Under the pieces are notes generated by a model, which was not told where the DNA came from, did no database searches, and saw only the letters and a list, made by a program, of their open reading frames with translations. From Patescibacteria group bacterium (GTDB lineage: Bacteria; Patescibacteriota; Patescibacteriia; Buchananbacterales; UBA6539), in the NCBI GenBank assembly GCA_041649675.1, contig JBAZMQ010000003.1:5335-69334 (forward strand): a stretch of 64,000 bases of DNA, written 5' to 3'. Position numbers and translations under genes: made by a program. This document shows positions 1-6,638 of the stretch, one piece after another; positions within the stretch are counted from its first letter, which is position 1; every line of letters begins with the position of its first letter.

Positions 1-14
1 GTGCCTTAAATTTT

Positions 15-89
15 GCCGAGTTAGCTCAGTGGTAGAGCGAAGGACTGAAAATCCTTGCGTCCCCAGTTCAATTCTGGGACTCGGCACCA
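15..89 (+). tRNA. tRNA-Phe (anticodon GAA), CCA encoded
   Basis: Cloverleaf read by eye: acceptor gccgagt/actcggc, D-arm tagctcagtggtagagc, anticodon loop ctGAAaa, T-arm cccag-ttcaatt-ctggg, 3' acca. Confidence 0.85.
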
Positions 90-206
90 GAAGTTTCGGG
101 ATAAACTCCGGACTGCCCCGAAGGGATTCTTTCGGGAAAAATTCTGGAGCCTGTCCCGACGAATGTCGGGGTCCCCAGCCTGCCCGCCGAAACGAAGTGT
201 AGGTGG

Positions 207-230
207 GTTCAATTCTGGGACTCGGCACCA
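207..230 (+). repeat. 24-nt direct repeat of the tRNA-Phe 3' end (gttcaattctgggactcggcacca), 116 nt downstream of the intact gene
   Basis: Exact match to positions 66-89. The 5' part of a tRNA is absent, so this is a fragment and not a second gene. Confidence 0.8.
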
Positions 231-305
231 TTACATATCAAAAAACCCAAATCTGAAAACCCAAAATTTTTGGGATTTGGGATTTGGGTTTTAAACTTAG
301 CTTCG

Positions 306-436
306 GGCTGTGGCTCAGTTTGCGCCAGAGGCACATCCGCCTTTGGCGGAGGCTACCTACCAAAACGACTGTTATATTTTTTAGAATCGTTCAGTCGGGC
401 CGGGAGTGCCTGCTTTGGCCCGTCCGCCTTGACTGT
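306..436 (+). pseudogene. tRNA-Pro-like fragments interrupted by a palindromic element
   Basis: cgggctgtggctcagtt matches the 5' end of the downstream tRNA-Pro (cggggtatggctcagtt). It then diverges into gccagaggcacatccgcctttggcgg. Later gcctgctttggccc resembles the Pro anticodon arm. No complete cloverleaf can be drawn. Confidence 0.4.
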
Positions 437-524
437 TAAATATAAAATAATTGATTAATGGGTTGTTAAGGATTTTTACTCCTTTTTGAACTTTCTAAAC
501 TGGATTTATAATTTTTCAATTTGG

Positions 525-602
525 TCGGGGTATGGCTCAGTTGGCTAGAGCGCCTGCTTTGGGAGCAGGAGGCCGCCGGTTCAAGTCCGGCTACCCCGAC
601 CA
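525..602 (+). tRNA. tRNA-Pro (anticodon TGG)
   Basis: Acceptor cggggta/taccccg, D-arm ggctcagttggctagagc, anticodon stem cctgc/gcagg with loop ttTGGga, T-arm gccgg-ttcaagt-ccggc, then acca. Confidence 0.85.
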
Positions 603-682
603 AGTTGAAAAAAATGAAAGGTGTAGGATTACCTCGACCAAATAATTTTGTCACTGATGCGGGCTTGCCCGCCGAAGCGTAG

Positions 683-757
683 GCGGGTATAGTATAACGG
701 CTATTATGTGAGTTTTCCAAACTCAAGATAGGGGTTCGACTCCCCTTACCCGCTCCA
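683..757 (+). tRNA. tRNA-Gly (anticodon TCC)
   Basis: Acceptor gcgggta/tacccgc, D-arm tagtataacggctatta, anticodon stem tgagt/actca with loop ttTCCaa, T-arm agggg-ttcgact-cccct, then tcca. Confidence 0.8.
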
Positions 758-1034
758 AATTATTGTTTATGTTTTATGTTTATATACTTAAAAGTTTAAC
801 CGATAATAAGCTTTATATTGGTTATAGTAATAATTTGCAAAGGAGACTGAAAGAACATAACTCAGGAAAAAACCTTTCAACAGAATATAGACGGCCTTTA
901 AATTAATATACTATGAGGCTTATTTGTCAATATATGATGCCAAGGCAAGAGAGAAATTTTTTAAAACCGGTTGGGGTAGAAATTACATTAAAAAAAATTT
1001 AAAAAATACTATAAAAATTTAAACAATAATTTGG

Positions 1035-1051
1035 GCGGGTTACCCGCTCCA
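1035..1051 (+). repeat. tRNA-Gly acceptor-stem minihelix copy (gcgggt-tacccgc-tcca), 278 nt downstream of tRNA-Gly
   Basis: The 5' acceptor half is joined directly to the 3' acceptor half plus tcca. It repeats the 3' terminal about 13 nt of the tRNA-Gly gene. Confidence 0.6.
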
Positions 1052-1163
1052 GAATAACAATTAACTTTTGACAATTTACTTTTAACATTAAGATCGCCAA
1101 GTAGCGCGATTTTTTTGGTAAATATAGAGCCTTAATATAATAGTTTTAATATTTTTCTGTTTA

Positions 1164-1192
1164 TTGACAAATTTATATGAATATGCTATAGT
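1164..1192 (+). promoter_or_regulatory. sigma70-like promoter (TTGACA, 17 nt spacer, TATAGT)
   Basis: Consensus -35 and -10 hexamers with a 17-nt spacer, about 165 nt upstream of the small CDS at 1358. Confidence 0.45.
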
Positions 1193-1357
1193 ATATTATT
1201 AGCTCATTTAAACCAAAGGTGCCAATTTATGCAACAAGCCCTAGCCAAAAGACATTGATTTTTTTTGGATGTTTTCTGGCTATGGCGGCACTGTAGCAGT
1301 CATTGGCAAACTCAACAGTTGACGGAAAACCCCTACAAAAAGAAAGGGAGGAAGGTC

Positions 1358-1549
1358 ATGAACCAGAGAAAGACCAAAAAAGGTCTACGCAAGAAAGTCA
1401 GGAATCTTAAGAATCACTTCTATCTTGATTTCCGGGTTGCCCGAAAGACCTTCAGGCGAATCTGCAATTCGATCGCCAGAGGGTTGGCTACCTGGAATGA
1501 GATTCATACGAGCCGACAGGAGCTCGAGGCGATCATCAAAAACTGGTGA
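1358..1549 (+). CDS. small basic hypothetical protein (63 aa), GC-rich relative to its flanks
   Basis: An internal Met is preceded by RBS agggaggaaggtc. The upstream part of the 94-aa ORF lacks an RBS. No recognisable family. Confidence 0.4.
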   Translation: MNQRKTKKGLRKKVRNLKNHFYLDFRVARKTFRRICNSIARGLATWNEIHTSRQELEAIIKNW

Positions 1550-1570
1550 TTTGACAAGCCAACGATACTG

Positions 1571-1626
1571 ACCACCCGCAAGAGAATCACCCTCGTGACA
1601 TCTCTTCGTTGGGTGGTTTTCTTTTA
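1571..1626 (+). terminator. rho-independent terminator (long imperfect hairpin accaccc...gggtggt followed by a T-run)
   Basis: Inverted repeat followed by ttttctttt, immediately after the stop of the small CDS. Confidence 0.55.
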
Positions 1627-1833
1627 TATTAACTTCATTATTATCTCAAACCGAAACGTAATTTTTTCTCTTTCCAATTTTAATATTGTATACGTCATGC
1701 CAGTAGTTCCCATTGATTGGTGATATTAATAAAAATCTCAGTTCTAAGGTCGTCCCCGCCAGAGGCGGGCAGGCAATAAGGTGCTCCAAGAAAAAATCGC
1801 CAAACAGGCGATTTTTTGGTATACTGAAAAGAT

Positions 1834-2346
1834 ATGAATGAAAAACTACACTTTATAATTACTGGGGGAACCATAGATTCTTACTATGACCCAATAAAAG
1901 AAACAGCTGTTCCAAGTGACCATTCTTATATTCCAAAATTTATCCCAATTCTTAAGTTATATGAAACATGTATCTTTACTGAACTTTTCATGAAAGATAG
2001 TAGAAATATAAATAGTTTGGATCGAAAAATGATTCTCAGTACAGTGGCAAAGAGTAAGGCAGATAGGATAATTATTACTCATGGCAGTTACACCGTCGCC
2101 GATACAGCTAAATATCTTTCTAAATATTTAAAGCAAACCAACAAAACTATTATATTTGTATGTTCAATGATTCCGCTAATGGGGTTTGCTCCTTCTGATG
2201 CTGGCTTCAATCTAGGTTATGCAGTAGCAAAATCGCAGGAGTTAGAGCCGGGGGTATATGTATGTATAAATGGTAGAGTTTTTTCTCCCGAAGAAGTTGT
2301 TAAAATTTTGGCTGAAGGTAGGTTTGGTTCTGTTTATACTAAGTAA
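1834..2346 (+). CDS. short L-asparaginase/GatD-like N-terminal domain protein
   Basis: IITGGTIDS matches the asparaginase threonine motif (TGGTIAG). ITHGSYT sits at the HGTDT position. Preceded by a tatact -10 box. Only 170 aa. Confidence 0.55.
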   Translation: MNEKLHFIITGGTIDSYYDPIKETAVPSDHSYIPKFIPILKLYETCIFTELFMKDSRNINSLDRKMILSTVAKSKADRIIITHGSYTVADTAKYLSKYLKQTNKTIIFVCSMIPLMGFAPSDAGFNLGYAVAKSQELEPGVYVCINGRVFSPEEVVKILAEGRFGSVYTK

Positions 2347-2409
2347 TAGTAGTGGTTTAAGCTATTATCTATGTTTTTAATATTAATTTATTAATAAAAA
2401 TTAATTGCT

Positions 2410-3465
2410 ATGAAAAATTTTGAATTTTTAAAAAAAATGGATTTAAAGCCAATAACGATTCTAAAAATTGCCGGTGTCATTTTGCTGGTAATTATTTTAT
2501 TGGCAGCTACCTTTCGCTTATTGGGTTCGTCGTTTAATTCGTTAATTGGCAGAAGTGATATTAAAGGGATATCGGTTTTTGATAGTTCAAAAGATTATGC
2601 CCTGGAACAAATTGCCGAAAGCAAACCGGCCGCTTATGGCACAAGCGGTGGAGTTAATTTGTCTGTCAGAAACGTTGTTGCTTCACCAAAGATGGTTGTT
2701 GGGCAACCAACGGTCGGTGACGAAGCCGAAGAGTTTGAAGTGACTGAATATAATAGTTTAATTAAAACCCGTCAATTAAAAAAAGATTGTGCCGTGTTTA
2801 TTGATTTAAAGGCCAAAGACTACGTTATCTTTGAAAACGCCACTCAGTCCGAAAAAAATTGTTATTATACCTTCAAAGTTAAAAATGTCCAGGCCGAAGA
2901 AATTTTAGGCGTTATTAAATCTTTAAATCCTAAAGACTTATCCCAAAATACTTACACGATTAAAAAGTTAGTTGACGATTATACGGGTCAGCTAGAAATT
3001 TTGGAAAAGAAAAAACAATCAATCAATGAAACTTTGGATAGCGCTATTAAGTCTTACGATGAAATCACGGCTTTAGCCACTAGAACTCAGGATGCGGCCA
3101 GCTTGGCAAAAATTATTGATAGCAAGATAAACATTATTGAGCGCTTAACGCAGGAACGGATTAATGTTAACGAGCAGATTGATTTATTAAGTCGTTCCAA
3201 ATCCGAGCAGCTTGATCGGTTGGAATACACTTATTTTTATGTCAGTCTTATTGAAGATAAATATGTTGACCTGATTAGCTTAAAGGAATCATGGCAAGCA
3301 GCAATTAAAGAATTTGTTAGGGATATCAATCGTGTGGCTCAAGATATAACTGTTAATCTTGTTGTTGTGTTGTTTTACTTGCTCCAATATGCGATTTATT
3401 TTTTCATCGCACTAATTGTGGTTAAATATGGTTGGCAGTTGGCAAAGTATATCTGGAAAAAATAG
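2410..3465 (+). CDS. hypothetical membrane-anchored coiled-coil protein
   Basis: N-terminal transmembrane segment, long predicted coiled-coil middle, C-terminal hydrophobic segment. No family recognised. Confidence 0.55.
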   Translation: MKNFEFLKKMDLKPITILKIAGVILLVIILLAATFRLLGSSFNSLIGRSDIKGISVFDSSKDYALEQIAESKPAAYGTSGGVNLSVRNVVASPKMVVGQPTVGDEAEEFEVTEYNSLIKTRQLKKDCAVFIDLKAKDYVIFENATQSEKNCYYTFKVKNVQAEEILGVIKSLNPKDLSQNTYTIKKLVDDYTGQLEILEKKKQSINETLDSAIKSYDEITALATRTQDAASLAKIIDSKINIIERLTQERINVNEQIDLLSRSKSEQLDRLEYTYFYVSLIEDKYVDLISLKESWQAAIKEFVRDINRVAQDITVNLVVVLFYLLQYAIYFFIALIVVKYGWQLAKYIWKK

Positions 3466-3523
3466 TTAAGCTTAAATTAAAACCAGCCCCGCTTTGTGGG
3501 GCTGGTTTTTTAAATGCAGATTT

Positions 3524-3865
3524 TTATTTAATTTTTTTAAACCTGACATTAAGGATTGGCTGATATTGGTTGTTGTATTCGTCGGCAATTTGAATCGGCT
3601 CCCCTTTTATCAGGCTGTTAATCGTCAGATCACTTAACATTTCATTGTCGCTTTCAATGTCATTTTTTAATCTTTCCAGTTGGGGAAATTCTTTTTTGAA
3701 AGTTTGTTCAATGACTTTTTTCTTTTCCCTGAGTATTTTAATTTGTTCAATAATATTTTGATATTGTTCCGAACCGTCTAAATTGTCACGGTAAGCTCGT
3801 TTAAGCTCTTTTTGTTTTCTTTTTGAATCCTGAACTTTGTTAAAAATTTCTTGGAGTTTTGACAT
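3524..3865 (-). CDS. hypothetical protein (Lys/Glu-rich, coiled-coil)
   Basis: 113-aa ORF with a clean start. No motif recognised. Confidence 0.4.
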   Translation of the reverse strand: MSKLQEIFNKVQDSKRKQKELKRAYRDNLDGSEQYQNIIEQIKILREKKKVIEQTFKKEFPQLERLKNDIESDNEMLSDLTINSLIKGEPIQIADEYNNQYQPILNVRFKKIK

Positions 3866-3977
3866 TAATTTTAAATAATGAATAAAAATACATTATAGCA
3901 TTTTTTCAAAAAATAAAAATAAATTTAGCTAATTAAAAAAAGGAAACCTAAATTTGGTTTCCTTGCTGGCAATATGC

Positions 3978-4397
3978 CTATTTTTTCTTTTTTTTGCCGC
4001 CAACAGCTTTGGCCGATGATTTATTTTTGGCCAGCATCTGGAGAAGTTGTTGCAGGTTTGCCAAAAACGCGGCATTTTTGATGCCAAATTCCTTAATGGC
4101 TCTTTGGGCATCTTTGACATGAGCCTTCTTCTCGCTTACCTTTTGTTGCCATCTGCTGCTGTCTTCTCCCTTCAGGGTCTTTAAGGCAGCTACCAGTTTG
4201 GCCAAGCTCTTGGGCAACGATTCCCCTTGCTTTATGAGCAGGCTCAAAAGCTCGCGGCTATTTACCGTTAATGACTCATCGGCCAAACCGGTGTTTTTAA
4301 TTTCTATGCCCAGTGCCATCAGCAAAAGGAGTAGAAATTCCGGAATGTTTTGATCTGGATTCTTTGGATTGTCCATTTTAGACATGCTTTTAACCAC
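3978..4397 (-). CDS. hypothetical protein with a poly-Lys C-terminus
   Basis: 139-aa ORF. The true start may be the internal MSKMDNPKN. No family recognised. Confidence 0.4.
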   Translation of the reverse strand: MVKSMSKMDNPKNPDQNIPEFLLLLLMALGIEIKNTGLADESLTVNSRELLSLLIKQGESLPKSLAKLVAALKTLKGEDSSRWQQKVSEKKAHVKDAQRAIKEFGIKNAAFLANLQQLLQMLAKNKSSAKAVGGKKKKK

Positions 4398-4604
4398 CTT
4401 TCAGTTTTTAGTTATCGGTTGTTGGCGCAACTGTCCTTTTGGTTGATTTCTTCATTAAGAATATTAAGGTGCGGCGATCTCCTCCTTTTTTAACTTTTGT
4501 TAATTGATGATTATTTTAATCATAAACAGGAGATAAGTCAAGCTGATTTGACAGTAATCTATTGATATATTAAGCTAAAAACCGACAAGAATATGTAGTT
4601 AACC

Positions 4605-5696
4605 ATGGAGGCTCGAACCTTGACAACGAATAGAATAAAGACCAGAAAGCCAGACGACTGGCACGTTCACTTCCGGTGGGCGTACAATTCAGACGGAATG
4701 CTCTATCGGGTGTTTCCCTACACGGCCTGTTTTTTTGGCCGAGCTCTGCTGATGCCCAATTTAACCGATATGGGTATGGTGGTAACCGCTGAACACCTAA
4801 TCAGGTATCGGAAGTTGGTGCAAGAAGTCCAACAGCACTACCTTCGATATTGCAAAGGAACCAAGTTGTTTGGCAAGTTTTGGACCAGCCAAAGCTTCAT
4901 GCCGGAATTCAGTATTCGGCTGACACCCAAAACAACGTCGGATATGCTTTTGGCAGCCAAAGTAGCCGGAGCAATAGTTGCCAAGGTTTACCCGGACGGA
5001 GTCACCACCGGTTCGGAAGGTGGAATCTCAGACTTTAAGGCTCTGCATCCTTTGCTGCAGGCGGCCGCAGAAATAGACCTGCCGGTTTCTTGGCATCCCG
5101 AGTTGCCCGGGGCACCGCCCCTAACCGCCGAACAGCAATTCATTCCGGTTTTATCCGAGGTGGTAAGCAAGTATCCTGGCTTGAGGATAGTCATTGAGCA
5201 TCTTAGCAGTCAAATGATGGTGGATTTTGTCTGGGGTTGTCCCAAGACCGTAGCCGCTACTATCACGCCTCAGCATTTGATTCTGACTGCCAACGATGTT
5301 TTTGGCCAGCCGCACAACTTTTGCAAGCCAGTGGCTAAACTGCCAAACGACCGCGAGGCAGTAATTGCCGCAGCCATTTCCGGCGATCCCCGCTTCTTTT
5401 TTGGCAGCGATACCGCGCCTCATCCCCGTGCCAATAAAGAAGGTGCTAAGGCTGCAGCCGGAGTTTTTAGTGCCCCAGCTTTGTCAGCCGTTATCCAGGT
5501 GTTTGAAGAAAATCACGCCCTGGATAAGCTTGAAGACTTTTGGTCTCGGTTTGGCGCCGAGTTCTACGGCTTTCCCCTCAATCAAGAAACGATTGAATTT
5601 GTTCGAGAATCTTGGGAAATGCCGCTTGAATGTAGCGGCATCGTACCATTTTTGGCCGGAAAAACCCTGGACTGGCAGGTAGAATCTGTCCAATAA
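4605..5696 (+). CDS. pyrC: dihydroorotase, class II (E. coli type)
   Basis: Near-collinear with E. coli PyrC: DDWHVHFR (E. coli DDWHLHLRD), MPNL, AKVYP, ATITPQHL, FFGSDTAPH, FYGLP, VPFLAG. GC clearly above the window average. Confidence 0.85.
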   Translation: MEARTLTTNRIKTRKPDDWHVHFRWAYNSDGMLYRVFPYTACFFGRALLMPNLTDMGMVVTAEHLIRYRKLVQEVQQHYLRYCKGTKLFGKFWTSQSFMPEFSIRLTPKTTSDMLLAAKVAGAIVAKVYPDGVTTGSEGGISDFKALHPLLQAAAEIDLPVSWHPELPGAPPLTAEQQFIPVLSEVVSKYPGLRIVIEHLSSQMMVDFVWGCPKTVAATITPQHLILTANDVFGQPHNFCKPVAKLPNDREAVIAAAISGDPRFFFGSDTAPHPRANKEGAKAAAGVFSAPALSAVIQVFEENHALDKLEDFWSRFGAEFYGFPLNQETIEFVRESWEMPLECSGIVPFLAGKTLDWQVESVQ

Positions 5697-5757
5697 ACCT
5701 TAAGAAACCTCTCGCTTAATTTGTTGAGGGGTCTTTTTTTAATTTTGTTGAGTTATA

Positions 5758-5786
5758 TTGACAAAAATGACCATATGTGCTAAGAT
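5758..5786 (+). promoter_or_regulatory. sigma70-like promoter (TTGACA, 17 nt spacer, TAAGAT)
   Basis: Consensus-like hexamers about 40 nt upstream of the 3D-domain gene. Confidence 0.4.
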
Positions 5787-5827
5787 GATAAACTTTCCCA
5801 AAACTGGGAAGTTTTTATTTTAACCTT

Positions 5828-6421
5828 ATGGAACTAATCCGAACAATCAAATCAAGAAAAACTGAAATTGTTGTGCTTTTAGTGCTAGTTTTTGAGCTTA
5901 GCTTTCCTCACTTTGCGGTGGCAGTTGAGCCAGAAAATAGCTTAATTAAGCCAGATTTCACGATTAAAGCAGCTCAGGCAGCTGACCAAGAAAGTGGAAA
6001 AATTAGCTCAATGAAGCTAATTAAAGTTGATATTCCGCAAACTGAAACAAAAACTGGAGTTGAGCAAGATAATGGCTTAAATAAGCCAGAAATTGTTGTT
6101 AGTGAGTACAAAGTCATAAAAACTTATGAAAATGTACCAATAACTGCTTATTCCAGCACAGTTGATCAAACTGACAGTGACCCATGTTCAACTGCCAATG
6201 GTTATAATGTCTGTGAGCATAACCAGGAAGATGTTATTGCCGCTAATTTTTTGAAGTTTGGTACCAAAGTAAGAATTCCCGAGCAGTTTGGTAACCGAAT
6301 TTTTACCGTTCAAGACCGAATGAATGCTCGTTATTACTATCGGGCTGACGTTTGGTTAAAAACTCATGATGCGGCGGTTAAGTTTGGTATTGTTTATACC
6401 AAAATCGAAGTCATTGAATAA
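5828..6421 (+). CDS. 3D-domain (MltA/YuiC-like) cell-wall-associated protein
   Basis: N-terminal hydrophobic anchor. C-terminal region carries the conserved Asp residues typical of the 3D domain (ITAYSS...DSDPCSTANG...DVIAAN...GTKVRIPE...FTVQDR...RADVW). Confidence 0.6.
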   Translation: MELIRTIKSRKTEIVVLLVLVFELSFPHFAVAVEPENSLIKPDFTIKAAQAADQESGKISSMKLIKVDIPQTETKTGVEQDNGLNKPEIVVSEYKVIKTYENVPITAYSSTVDQTDSDPCSTANGYNVCEHNQEDVIAANFLKFGTKVRIPEQFGNRIFTVQDRMNARYYYRADVWLKTHDAAVKFGIVYTKIEVIE

Positions 6422-6453
6422 TTTTGAAAACAAAAATCAATTTTTAATAATTC

Positions 6454-6486
6454 AAAAAATGGCTTGATTTCTGAGCCATTTTTTGT
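6454..6486 (+). terminator. rho-independent terminator (aaaaaatggct...agccatttttt)
   Basis: Perfect inverted repeat plus T-run after the 3D-domain gene. Confidence 0.6.
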
Positions 6487-6548
6487 TACACTAAAGCAGT
6501 CTGATATAACAATTAACAGTTAACTGTTAACTGTTAAAGGTTTATCTT

Positions 6549-6620
6549 GGCCAGGTAGCCAAGTAGTAAGGCAGTGGTCTGCAAAACCGCTATGCATGGG
6601 TGCAATTCCCATCCTGGCCT
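6549..6620 (+). tRNA. tRNA-Cys (anticodon GCA)
   Basis: Acceptor ggccagg/cctggcc, D-arm tagccaagtagtaaggc, anticodon stem gtggt/accgc with loop ctGCAaa, T-arm atggg-tgcaatt-cccat. No encoded CCA. Confidence 0.75.
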
Positions 6621-6638
6621 TAATTAATCTATATTATT

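Noticed and set aside
90-206. Possible second tRNA or tRNA intron between tRNA-Phe and its 3' duplicate
   Set aside because: tRNA-Phe at 15-89 is complete and colinear. The downstream copy lacks acceptor 5', D and anticodon arms, so it is a duplication and not an intron-containing gene.
270-458. 62-aa ORF
   Set aside because: Covers the tRNA-Pro-like fragment and palindromic element. Gly/Ala-rich translation of GC-rich repeat sequence.
466-726. 86-aa minus-strand ORF
   Set aside because: Overlaps tRNA-Pro and tRNA-Gly on the opposite strand. Spurious.
3929-4120. 63-aa minus-strand ORF
   Set aside because: Overlaps the longer 3978-4397 ORF in another frame.
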